Below are positions 36,746 through 45,713 of a DNA stretch of 64,000 bases, one piece after another. Each line of letters begins with the position of its first letter. Position 1 is the first letter of the stretch. The stretch comes from an uncultured Schlesneria sp. (GTDB lineage: Bacteria; Planctomycetota; Planctomycetia; Planctomycetales; Planctomycetaceae): NCBI GenBank assembly GCA_903834925.1, contig CAILLA010000305.1, forward strand, positions 7,115 through 71,114. The letters are read 5' to 3'. The notes below the pieces were generated by a model, which was given only the letters and a program-made list of their open reading frames with translations, ran no database searches and was not told where the DNA came from. The position numbers and the translations under genes are program-made.

Positions 36746-37578
36746 TCCATTGCCTCCCGTGAATCCTGTAGTTGAACCAAATGCTCCTGTGGTTTCGGCC
36801 CCTGGCCCCACTCCCGGCACCTTTGCCGAAAGGAACATGTAGAACAGTTCATCGGACTTTCGACTGGGTAGAAAATTCCCAGATCCACCGCCCGTTGGAT
36901 CGTCTGAACAAGGTCACCCAACCGTCCGCAATCCTCGGAATAGCGGCTGGTCTTCAGCCGTTGCACTTTTGGATTCTTGGTCTTGATGAGGATTGTGTAT
37001 TCAACATTTGGCACCTGTCCCAGGCATTCTTGAACTGCGTGGACATAACAGGTCGGTTGAAGTGATGAACAGACTTCAGATTCAGAATAAGCTCGGCCAC
37101 TTGTCTTGAATTCTTCAACCGTCAGTCCCTGATCCGTGGACTTGATCAGGTCGGTGATGGCGACCAGCGGAGTCTCAAGGTATTCACCTTGGCTATTGCA
37201 CAATGGAACCAGAAATCTGTGTTCGATCGCAACAATCTTTTCTGGTGGAGGTTCCTGAAGATAGATCTCCAGCAGATTGATCCCCTGACCGATGGAATCA
37301 TCCCGGTTATCCCCATCCCGAAATAAAACCTTTTCGTTGGCCTCTTTTTCATCCCAGCATTCGTGAAATACCTTGAAAATTGCCTCTTTATCGATTTCCT
37401 CTTGTTCCTTCACTCGGCGATGATACTCAGCCAGTCCAGCATGAACGGAAGATCCCATGACCAAACCGCAGCTTATGGAATGGCTGGGCAGACTCAGGAT
37501 CCTTTGAAAGAAATATTGAAGTGGACATCGGAGATACTGGCTGATCGCACTGTAGCTCCAGTGGGGACGGTCTCGCAT
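36730..37578 (-). CDS. PD-(D/E)xK nuclease, Cas4/RecB/AddB-type with a 4-Cys Fe-S cluster
   Basis: WSYSAISQYLRCPLQYFF (first Cys), ITDL...VEEFKTSG (D, E-x-K) and the C-terminal CSTCSFRQRC. Confidence 0.8.
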   Translation of the reverse strand: MRDRPHWSYSAISQYLRCPLQYFFQRILSLPSHSISCGLVMGSSVHAGLAEYHRRVKEQEEIDKEAIFKVFHECWDEKEANEKVLFRDGDNRDDSIGQGINLLEIYLQEPPPEKIVAIEHRFLVPLCNSQGEYLETPLVAITDLIKSTDQGLTVEEFKTSGRAYSESEVCSSLQPTCYVHAVQECLGQVPNVEYTILIKTKNPKVQRLKTSRYSEDCGRLGDLVQTIQRAVDLGIFYPVESPMNCSTCSFRQRCREWGQGPKPQEHLVQLQDSREAMECSLN

Positions 37579-37653
37579 CTTAACCCTTTTGCTTCGTGCG
37601 TCTCTGGGATTTCTTCACAAGTCCAATTGTCGCCAGACAACCGAACACTCTCC

Positions 37654-38220
37654 TCAGCGACTCGTGCGGCTACGTCCATTGCCGTTGGATGCAGTTGTTC
37701 CGTTTTGATTGAGGGCATCAATGACGTCACCGGCTTCGCGTTTGGTCAGGTCGTAGACTCCAACTTTTCTGTTGAGAATCCCTTCGATCCGACTTTCCAA
37801 TTGCGGCGACGTGAGTCCCTGACGCTTTCCAAGATTGAGCAGGTATTGCACCTGTTTGTTGGTGGCAACATCTCGGTTGGCATCATGATCGTTGCCGTTC
37901 TGGTTCGTCTGACCATTCCCATTTTGAGAATTGGAAGTCCCGTTGTTAGAAGATTCCTTGACCGATGATCCTGCTTGTTGCCCGTTGGAATGAGCTGGCC
38001 TTTGTTCATCCCGGCTGGCAATGGCGGTCTCTCCTTCGTACCGTTCGATCTGTTGACTCAACGCCTCTTCGGCCACGTCGAAGAATTCTTTAATCCTTTC
38101 GATCATGGCTTCAGGATCATCCATTGCCACACAGATTTCACCTTCAAGATTTAGGCTAAATCCTGTGGAATTGTAATCACGGGACAGTTTCCGGCTGAGT
38201 CCGACGTTGACCTTTAACAT
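37654..38220 (-). CDS. hypothetical protein with a central N/G/Q/S-rich linker
   Basis: 188-aa ORF in the mobile-element module between the DUF932 gene and the nuclease. Confidence 0.5.
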   Translation of the reverse strand: MLKVNVGLSRKLSRDYNSTGFSLNLEGEICVAMDDPEAMIERIKEFFDVAEEALSQQIERYEGETAIASRDEQRPAHSNGQQAGSSVKESSNNGTSNSQNGNGQTNQNGNDHDANRDVATNKQVQYLLNLGKRQGLTSPQLESRIEGILNRKVGVYDLTKREAGDVIDALNQNGTTASNGNGRSRTSR

Positions 38221-38471
38221 GTATTTGCTCCTTGAAAAGAAGAACGCCTCCGTGATCGATTACCCGAATCAAGGAGGCGTCGCTTGCTTGGCAGTGTGTG
38301 AAAAAGGAAACTATGAGTGCAAATCACAACATCAAATGGAAATGGCCGGTACAGAATGGGAGACATCGAGAAGTATCGTGAGATGGACGCCCTGTATATG
38401 AGCGTCTCACTGACTCCAGCCCTGATGTGATTCAGCAGATGAAGGATTGTTCCGACCCGATGTCACTTCTG

Positions 38472-39449
38472 TCAGTTGGCCATTTTGAGGGCGAGTTCCC
38501 AGGCTCGTTCCTTCAGTCTGGCTCCTGACCCAAACCAAGACGATTCCAGTCGGTTGCTAGCCCGCTCTACTGAGGTCTTCCCGCGTGTTGAACGGGCGTG
38601 GTCCACATATTCTGTGACCGCATTCAAAGCTGTCCAGGTTGTATGACGGATCGCTGGCATGTCATGACCGATCCCTTCTTCGAATAGTCTCAGCATTTCT
38701 TGCCGGACGTTTTTCGTTCTGGAGGATTCTCCCTCGGGATTGTCTGGATAAACCAGGAGGAAATACTCTTCCAGTTGACGCTGGCTGGGATAATGATGGG
38801 CTAGCCGGTTGATTTGTTCCTCGGTGTCATCGTAGAACAGTTTCGCCAGTCCCAGGACTTCCTGAGCCTGTCGGACCTTCGTTGCCAAGTCTCCTTTGTG
38901 AATGATGGAAATTCCCTGACCTCGCCCCTTTCGGGTCGCAATGGACAATGTATTACCACACACGACTCTGATCGGAGTCCAGTGGACTCTCAGGGAAGAA
39001 CTCCCATCGTGAGAGTTAGACAGCAGCAAGTACTTCTCGGTGATGTCATCTGAGTTCTTCACCCGAATATCATCCGGCAGTTTCGCGAGCATCCAAACCC
39101 GTTCCCCTTTTCCTAGAGCTCCAGCAGTGTGATACCGCAGGCTACCATCAGCCACAACGGCATCGAGGAATCCAAAGGCTTGGTGGTTCTGGACTGGAAC
39201 ATAGCTAGTTCCAACTACTCCCAGAATTTCCTGAGAATCGGATCTGACCACAGCTTTCCGTTGAGGGATTGGAATACCGTCTGTCGTTTGAAGGTTTCTG
39301 AGTTCAGCAAGGTAATTCAAACCGGCTGCATCGATTGCTTCCCGAGCAGTTGCAGGCTCTTCCAGCCGAGTTCCCAGGCCGTGCCAGGGGATTTCCCCGG
39401 CGTACATCATGGCGGTGTGAGCGTTGGTTTTCGCAAGTTCGTGGGCCAT
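38472..39449 (-). CDS. DUF932 / phage-plasmid-like protein (TIGR03299-like)
   Basis: The N-terminus MAHELAKTNAHTAMMYAGEIPWHGLGTRL is characteristic of the family. Confidence 0.75.
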   Translation of the reverse strand: MAHELAKTNAHTAMMYAGEIPWHGLGTRLEEPATAREAIDAAGLNYLAELRNLQTTDGIPIPQRKAVVRSDSQEILGVVGTSYVPVQNHQAFGFLDAVVADGSLRYHTAGALGKGERVWMLAKLPDDIRVKNSDDITEKYLLLSNSHDGSSSLRVHWTPIRVVCGNTLSIATRKGRGQGISIIHKGDLATKVRQAQEVLGLAKLFYDDTEEQINRLAHHYPSQRQLEEYFLLVYPDNPEGESSRTKNVRQEMLRLFEEGIGHDMPAIRHTTWTALNAVTEYVDHARSTRGKTSVERASNRLESSWFGSGARLKERAWELALKMAN

Positions 39450-39546
39450 CTGAAGTGTCTCCTTGGAAGGTAAATCCTCAAAGTCACACTAGATACCCGC
39501 GTCAAGCGGCATTCACGCGTTCTTGTTTATTCGACAGAACACAGCA

Positions 39547-42159
39547 CTATGTGCCTCTCATTGTCTCATCAAGGCCCGCCTGAAGTTTCTTGATATCCAA
39601 TGGCGTCTCGATTTCCGGTTGAATTAACACCCACTTTACCAGTCCCTCTGCCGCACCTTTATCCAAAAACACGTAGCCTTCTGGGCCCTCATCTTTCATG
39701 ACATGAGCGAGGCGTCCGCTTAGCCAGTTTCGTCTCTTAAAAAACTCATCTTCGTGCAGTCGTACATTGTCGTAAAGTTCAGTCAGGAATTCCTGCAGCA
39801 TAAAAACCAGCTTAACTTCGGAATGGTCGGCTCCAAGGCGATGATCACGCCGAAGAAATTGTCCGCAAGACTTCATCACCGTTTCTGAAACGCGGTTAGT
39901 GATAATCACATGGCCGTTAAGGGTGTTTCCCTGCACTTGAAGCCATGGTTGAGCAAGGAGTGCCTCGACATAGTCGAACATCTTTCGCTTTTCCGAAGCA
40001 TTCAAATCATAACCTTCACCCTTACTAGAAAGCTTTGAATCGTAACTCCAATTGTGCTTCTGCGATTCTCGGAGTCTACCATTTGCTAGGTACACTATGC
40101 TGCAAAAACCGTCTGGGCGGCTTCCACCGCCCCAACGCTCCACATGCGGACAAAGGCTGCGTATCAGGTTGAATACATCCTGTTCATATGCCGTACCGGA
40201 GTAATCGTCCGGCAAATTCTTCAAGACATCTCTTGATGATCTGGCAGCTCGGAAAACTCGCTCCTGCTTTCTCTGGAATACTCCATTGATAGCCACCGTT
40301 AAATCGTCATTGAATCGCTTTTTCGTTACGCCGTCTCCAGAAGCAGCTAAAGCGTATCCCAAGCCAAGATGAGCGACACCGGCAACGTCTAAGTGTGCAG
40401 TTTCGACATGACCTCCTGTGTGAACGACGAGGACAGGAAGCATCGATCGGTCGATCAGTTTCAACAAAGATGGGTTAACGCGTGGCGTGAAATGAACTTG
40501 AACCTGCTGATCAACGTTACCTTGACCTTGAAGTGGGTACATTTCGTGTTCTTCAAAGCTACTTGGAGTACTCCGTAATCTCCATCCAGCGGCATCTTTG
40601 ATAATTTTTGCGGTTTCCTTGATAATTGCCTTTGGGACTTGTTCAAGGAACTTGACTTTCAAAGTCTTTACGTTGCCGCCACATTTTGGACATTCGTCAA
40701 TAGTTTCATCTTCAATGAGCTTCTGACAAAATGCCCCTGCACACTGTCGAATCTGATCTTCCCGTACTTTGATGACTCCAATTGCAAGCAACTTTCCCAA
40801 TATTTCCTTCTGGAAATCTGGCACTTTGTCTAGACGGTCAATCTCCAGCAAATTGTTGAGGATGTCTACGCTTCCCATTGGGAGCTTTGTTGGATCAATT
40901 GGACTCCCCAAAGGAATCCCGAATTGTCTCCTGAATTCATCTTCAATTGTCGAACACTCGGCTGAACTTAAGCCGGTGTCGTCCATACGGAAACGAACTA
41001 CGCCGGTTTGGTCGACATCCACATGAACTAAAAACGTTTTGTCTGAAGTGCGGAATTTCAAACTTTTGAGATCGGCAAGTGATCGGACACGGACTGTCTC
41101 ACGCTCTTTGAGCCACATTAAGTCTCGCCTAATTGACTGTCCGTCGAATGCGGATTCGATCATTATGGGAGCGTGGCATGGTCCCATACTACGGCGGAAT
41201 GCGATCCCAATGATGTCGAGCTTGGAGTCGTTTTCATACTCACCCAGAAGCTTTGACTCAACGTCACCTGGATCATAATCAGTGAAGAGCTGCTCTGGGT
41301 CTGGATTCAATGGGAGTTTTGAACGAGTCAGCAGCCAGTTAGAAACAACCTCGACAACACGCTTGTCACCAGCTTTAATTTCAATGCGTGGTGGCTGGTC
41401 TCTAAACCCAATCATTACCCACCCAAAGGTCGTGAAGTGGGCAAACACCTGGTGAAAATCGGCTGTAAGAGATGGGGCATTTTCTCGCTCCAAAAACAAT
41501 ACCGTGAAGCCGTTTTCAAGCCTTTCTTTTGCCTTAAAACGAACTGTCCGATTATCCGAAAGGCTAGACAGGTCATTGGCAAGGTCATTTATTGATTCTT
41601 CAACTACTCGTATTTCGTCATCGCTCAATGCACGAGTTATCGGAAGATGGGATACGGTTGGACGGCTTCTCCAAAGACTTCGCAAATATACTCGTTTAAG
41701 AGAGGATGGGCTGGCATTAAATAGCAGCAGAAGCTGCGTGAATTGGCGTAGTTTACCACGGCTCGCTCCTGATTCGCGGAGCAGTGACTGAAGTTTTCGT
41801 TTGTCTGCATCAGAGAAGATTCGATCGAATTCTTCCTTGAGGCTTTCCCCTTTTCTACGAAGAAACTCTGCCAGGAAAGTAAAGGTCTCATTTTCGCAAG
41901 ACGACAATAGCAGGTTAGTCAATTGCTCATGGGTGGCATTCTTCTCTGTGGAGAGTTTCGCTTTTTCACAGAGAAGACGAATGTTCGCGGTGGGGCATTT
42001 GGAAAGTCGGTGCTTAGCCCTGTGGTAAGCTTTCAGATCACCATCAGGTCGTAGTTGTAACCGGATAGCCACTGGAAAGACGCCCAAACTTTCCCAAAAT
42101 GAGTCGGACTGTCTGCAGAGAAATAGTGATGAAGCGTCTTGAACCAACATAGTCTTCAT
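39547..42159 (-). CDS. large protein with a C-terminal FokI-type restriction-endonuclease cleavage domain, a central Zn-ribbon and an N-terminus of unknown function
   Basis: WGGGSRPDGF...WSYDSKLSSKGEGYDLNASEKRKMFDYVEAL parallels FokI GGSRKPDGA...VDTKAYSGGYNLPIGQADEMQRYVEEN (FokI recalled from memory). CPKCGGNV lies mid-protein. Confidence 0.65.
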   Translation of the reverse strand: MKTMLVQDASSLFLCRQSDSFWESLGVFPVAIRLQLRPDGDLKAYHRAKHRLSKCPTANIRLLCEKAKLSTEKNATHEQLTNLLLSSCENETFTFLAEFLRRKGESLKEEFDRIFSDADKRKLQSLLRESGASRGKLRQFTQLLLLFNASPSSLKRVYLRSLWRSRPTVSHLPITRALSDDEIRVVEESINDLANDLSSLSDNRTVRFKAKERLENGFTVLFLERENAPSLTADFHQVFAHFTTFGWVMIGFRDQPPRIEIKAGDKRVVEVVSNWLLTRSKLPLNPDPEQLFTDYDPGDVESKLLGEYENDSKLDIIGIAFRRSMGPCHAPIMIESAFDGQSIRRDLMWLKERETVRVRSLADLKSLKFRTSDKTFLVHVDVDQTGVVRFRMDDTGLSSAECSTIEDEFRRQFGIPLGSPIDPTKLPMGSVDILNNLLEIDRLDKVPDFQKEILGKLLAIGVIKVREDQIRQCAGAFCQKLIEDETIDECPKCGGNVKTLKVKFLEQVPKAIIKETAKIIKDAAGWRLRSTPSSFEEHEMYPLQGQGNVDQQVQVHFTPRVNPSLLKLIDRSMLPVLVVHTGGHVETAHLDVAGVAHLGLGYALAASGDGVTKKRFNDDLTVAINGVFQRKQERVFRAARSSRDVLKNLPDDYSGTAYEQDVFNLIRSLCPHVERWGGGSRPDGFCSIVYLANGRLRESQKHNWSYDSKLSSKGEGYDLNASEKRKMFDYVEALLAQPWLQVQGNTLNGHVIITNRVSETVMKSCGQFLRRDHRLGADHSEVKLVFMLQEFLTELYDNVRLHEDEFFKRRNWLSGRLAHVMKDEGPEGYVFLDKGAAEGLVKWVLIQPEIETPLDIKKLQAGLDETMRGT

Positions 42160-42249
42160 GACCCTTGTCGCGATCGTTCACAAATAAATGATGTGGTTGA
42201 CGGATTCGTTCCATCACCGCATTCTCCTACCGTCCAGCTTTCTCAAATA

Positions 42250-42798
42250 TCATCCGGCCACCTCGTTGATATCGGAAAAACCGAGGTCCTGATCCTTTGA
42301 TTTTGGCTTGAGGGTTGCCAAAGAGCCTGCTTTCCGCCGATTGATCATTTCGGCAGCAAGGATCATCGAAGGCACAATTCGCCCAGACCTCTTCCCAAAC
42401 TCCTGCTGGAGCTTCGTTGCCAAATCAACATTGAGGGCGAAGTTGTCAGATGCAATTTGAAGTTCTTCATGGATTGAGTCTAGATGACTCAATTCTTCTT
42501 CGGAGAACTCTAGTCGGGGCCGGATGAATTCTCCTCCAGCTTCACGGCCAAGCTTTTCCCACTTGCCCTTTTTCCTTCGTGTAATCATGTAATGAAGAAC
42601 ATCGGGACCTGACTCATTTCTGGCCGTCAGATTATTCCAACTCGTGACCAAATGAATCAAATCCTCAGGTCGCTGAGGATATTGGTCCGTAGGAATGTTT
42701 AACTCCCGGTACAGTGTTCGCAAAACCTCATCCTCGTGAGGCAGCATCCGTAAAGTACGGCGTGTTTGAGGCATACAGCCTGTCCTCCAAATTGACAA
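42250..42798 (-). CDS. hypothetical protein
   Basis: 182-aa ORF between the XRE-ImmA regulator and the FokI-like gene, in the same orientation with short gaps. Confidence 0.5.
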   Translation of the reverse strand: MSIWRTGCMPQTRRTLRMLPHEDEVLRTLYRELNIPTDQYPQRPEDLIHLVTSWNNLTARNESGPDVLHYMITRRKKGKWEKLGREAGGEFIRPRLEFSEEELSHLDSIHEELQIASDNFALNVDLATKLQQEFGKRSGRIVPSMILAAEMINRRKAGSLATLKPKSKDQDLGFSDINEVAG

Positions 42799-42825
42799 AC
42801 TTTCCCACGGAATTGGCTCCCTCCG

Positions 42826-43968
42826 TTATCGTGGAAATCTAATGGTTTCAGCCCCTTCGTCCTCAGAGGCACAATCACCAGGAACTCCCATCGCTTGATT
42901 GAGGCGTTCCCGAATAGCTTCAGGCCGAACCCCGGCCAAATCGGATACTTCTTTCAATGACATTTTACCTGTTGCAATTGCTTCATCAATCAACTGCTCA
43001 AACCTGGTTGCTCTATCCGGGCGGATAGTCCCTGGCTCATTACTCTTCCACCCACGACGGGCAAACTCTATCCAGAGAGATTTGGCTTCAGGCTTAGTTA
43101 TGAACCCAAGTTTTTCCGCCCTGTATACCATTGCTGCTAAGGAAATCCCGAATTTCTCTTTAAACTGCACAAGGCGGATCATTGATTTGCCGGTAAACGC
43201 CTTTTTGAGCTGGTTGTTGGGTAGAAGCAGATGTGATCCGAAATCAAAAGCTCTGGATTCAATCAACTTGTCCTCAGCTTCGTCGTGATCACAGTCTCCG
43301 TAGAGTACATGAGCCAACTCATGGGCAGCATTTAGTCGCACTCTATCATTTGATACTGTCGGGTTCAAAACCACGACATATTCCCCTGAATATCTTGCTG
43401 CAAGTCCATCAATTCTCAGTTCTGTGGGCTCTTCAAAGACACGAATTCCAAACCCCTCCAAGACTTCGACGATATTTGGAACCGGCTCCTCAATCGATAT
43501 TCCCAGCGTTTCTCGAACGGCTCGACTCAATGCTTCAGGATCAAGTCGTGGAACGGATTTAATCTTCCCTGCCGTGGCTCGAAGGGGCTTCTTGAGCCGC
43601 ACCTCAACTGCCACATAGGCGTCAATCCATCGCTGCACATTCGCTTCAAACTGATGCAGGTCTCCTGCCTTTACCTTGGACTTTAGATTGCGATACCTCA
43701 CACCTTTGAGGGTTTCACCACGTTCCAGAAACCAGTTAAGTGGTCGGTCATACGTTTCCGCCAGAGCCGCCAAAACGTCCATTGGAGGAACTGATTTTCC
43801 AGCCTCATAGTTTGCGATGGTTGCATGAGAAATAGGAAATCGTTCACTTAACCGATCGGCTACCGCCCTTGTTGACATCTTTGTTGATGTACGAGCAGTC
43901 TTGAGCTTGTTTGCAAGAGATTCCCGCACATCTGCGGCTCCTGACATTCGAATTATGGGGATTCCCAT
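42826..43968 (-). CDS. XRE-family HTH fused to an ImmA/IrrE (COG2856) metallopeptidase
   Basis: HTH (LKTARTSTKMSTRAVADRLSERFPISHATIANYEAGKSVP) and a zinc-peptidase HEXXH motif (AAHELAHVLYG). Confidence 0.85.
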   Translation of the reverse strand: MGIPIIRMSGAADVRESLANKLKTARTSTKMSTRAVADRLSERFPISHATIANYEAGKSVPPMDVLAALAETYDRPLNWFLERGETLKGVRYRNLKSKVKAGDLHQFEANVQRWIDAYVAVEVRLKKPLRATAGKIKSVPRLDPEALSRAVRETLGISIEEPVPNIVEVLEGFGIRVFEEPTELRIDGLAARYSGEYVVVLNPTVSNDRVRLNAAHELAHVLYGDCDHDEAEDKLIESRAFDFGSHLLLPNNQLKKAFTGKSMIRLVQFKEKFGISLAAMVYRAEKLGFITKPEAKSLWIEFARRGWKSNEPGTIRPDRATRFEQLIDEAIATGKMSLKEVSDLAGVRPEAIRERLNQAMGVPGDCASEDEGAETIRFPR

Positions 43969-44229
43969 CCTGGTTTATCCGTAAATTCAGTTTTACAAAT
44001 CATCCTCTGCACGAGATCATGTTTTACACTTTCGTCGCGAGTTGTCAAGCCTCGTACCCCCAAGTCTCTCAGCACACATGCTGGCTCCGATTGGTTTTGG
44101 CTACTTGTTTGATTTCTGAAACTCCTGCTGCCTCAGAATCATGTTTCCGTCCATTAGACTCAATGCAGGTGAGCTTCGGGCTTCCGTCAATCTGGATTTG
44201 TGAAAAGGTAATTCAGATCTTCGGTGTCA

Positions 44230-44589
44230 TCAAATTCCGAAGAAGTCTTTGCACGTTTTCATCACCACCGCTTTGAGGATTTCAAACGGAACAGATGCAG
44301 ACTTCTCTTTCAATGTGGAAATCGCCTTATTCCAGACGGTGTCATTTCTGGCAGCGTCTAAAAACTCGTGGCCAGCCCATGTCAGAGACCTCGGTACCCA
44401 AGAAGATTCTGAGAAATCAGAGAGGTCAGTGGCATCCAGTAAACCAGCATCGTGAAGCATTTTGACGTGGTAACTGACCAGACTGGGATTTCTGCTTGGA
44501 AGATTGATGTTGACCCACTCATCTGGGGCTTGATCTGATTTTTCTACAGCGAGCAAAATCTCTCTTACGAGCTCTAGGTCTCGCTTCAT
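44230..44589 (-). CDS. DUF2513-like winged-helix protein
   Basis: MKRDLELVREILLAVEK...VSYHVKMLHDAGLLDA...LTWAGHEFLDAARN. The start overlaps the hsdS stop. Confidence 0.65.
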   Translation of the reverse strand: MKRDLELVREILLAVEKSDQAPDEWVNINLPSRNPSLVSYHVKMLHDAGLLDATDLSDFSESSWVPRSLTWAGHEFLDAARNDTVWNKAISTLKEKSASVPFEILKAVVMKTCKDFFGI

Positions 44590-45713
44590 TGGCCTCCTCC
44601 AGATTCTTGCTGGTTGAATATTTGGTTAATGATGGCTGGTAACAGGGCTTGCGTCTCAGCAGCAGCAGCCGTCAGGAGTTCACGGGCCGCTTCAACTTTC
44701 TCAAATAACTCCCCGAACCATATCTGTTCCTTATAAGCAGGAACCGGGGTCGGAACTTCGAGCAACACTTTGGCACTAGTTGTTCTATTGCGGTCCGCAC
44801 TTCCAGGCGACGCTTGACCTACGTGGTGTAGTCCTTCGGACGTGAGGAGAAAGAAACAAATAAAGCGGGATGTGGCTACACCGGAGAGTGGAACGTAAGT
44901 CAAGTACCGATGCGAACCGTATCGACTATCGTCTTCAGGCTTGGCCACGGCAATCGCCCCCTCCCAAGCCTTGATGTTGCTAATAAGGATATCTCCGGCA
45001 TGCACAAGTTGGGGTCTTTCCCAAGTGATATCGCATCCTTGTAGCGGTGGGTTGTGAAATGTCCCCTTTCCAAAGGATCTGACGGAGACCCCCGGGTATT
45101 CAGTAAATGGGTCAACCAAAACTGGTCGCCTAACAAGTGGAGCAACATCTCCCAATCGATGGCGATCAGCATCTCGTACAATTCGATTGTACGCAGAAAG
45201 AAGCATCCCTTGGAAATGTTCGCCAATTTCATTCAACCGCGTGTTTGCCGCTTGAATTTTGAGACTCAATTCGTCGAGGTATTCTACCACTTGCTTTTGT
45301 TTGGCCAATGATGGAAGGCTGACATGAACATTTGCGATGTCTCGTTCTTTGAGGGAGACGTTTGCAGTGCCTTTCATTAATGGAACAAACAGGGAGTCCT
45401 TCTTTGCCAGAAGCAAGTAATAGAGATACTTTGCATCACACCTTTGGTTATCTTTGGTTTGAAGGGCCACCAGGAGGTCTGCCAACGCAAATTTGCCATC
45501 CTGATAGTGAATACGATGAAGAGCAGCGTCACCGTGGCCAGTTGACGAAACCAGCGGAATACAGACTGTAGGCCCTTCAAGCTGATAAGTACTTGAAGTC
45601 CGTCGGTAGGCTGCAGTAACGACGAGTGGGTATGCCCCAACCTCCGTCTTGAGCGTTGGTGATTCACCTCGAACCAAGTGACAGAGGTCCCCAAGTCGAA
45701 AGCTTTGAGTCAT
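44586..45713 (-). CDS. hsdS: type I restriction-modification specificity subunit
   Basis: Two target-recognition halves separated by a conserved coiled spacer (LPSLAKQKQVVEYLDEL...; VPAYKEQIWFGELFEKV...). It has 4-nt overlaps with both hsdM and the DUF2513 gene. Confidence 0.85.
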   Translation of the reverse strand: MTQSFRLGDLCHLVRGESPTLKTEVGAYPLVVTAAYRRTSSTYQLEGPTVCIPLVSSTGHGDAALHRIHYQDGKFALADLLVALQTKDNQRCDAKYLYYLLLAKKDSLFVPLMKGTANVSLKERDIANVHVSLPSLAKQKQVVEYLDELSLKIQAANTRLNEIGEHFQGMLLSAYNRIVRDADRHRLGDVAPLVRRPVLVDPFTEYPGVSVRSFGKGTFHNPPLQGCDITWERPQLVHAGDILISNIKAWEGAIAVAKPEDDSRYGSHRYLTYVPLSGVATSRFICFFLLTSEGLHHVGQASPGSADRNRTTSAKVLLEVPTPVPAYKEQIWFGELFEKVEAARELLTAAAAETQALLPAIINQIFNQQESGGGQ

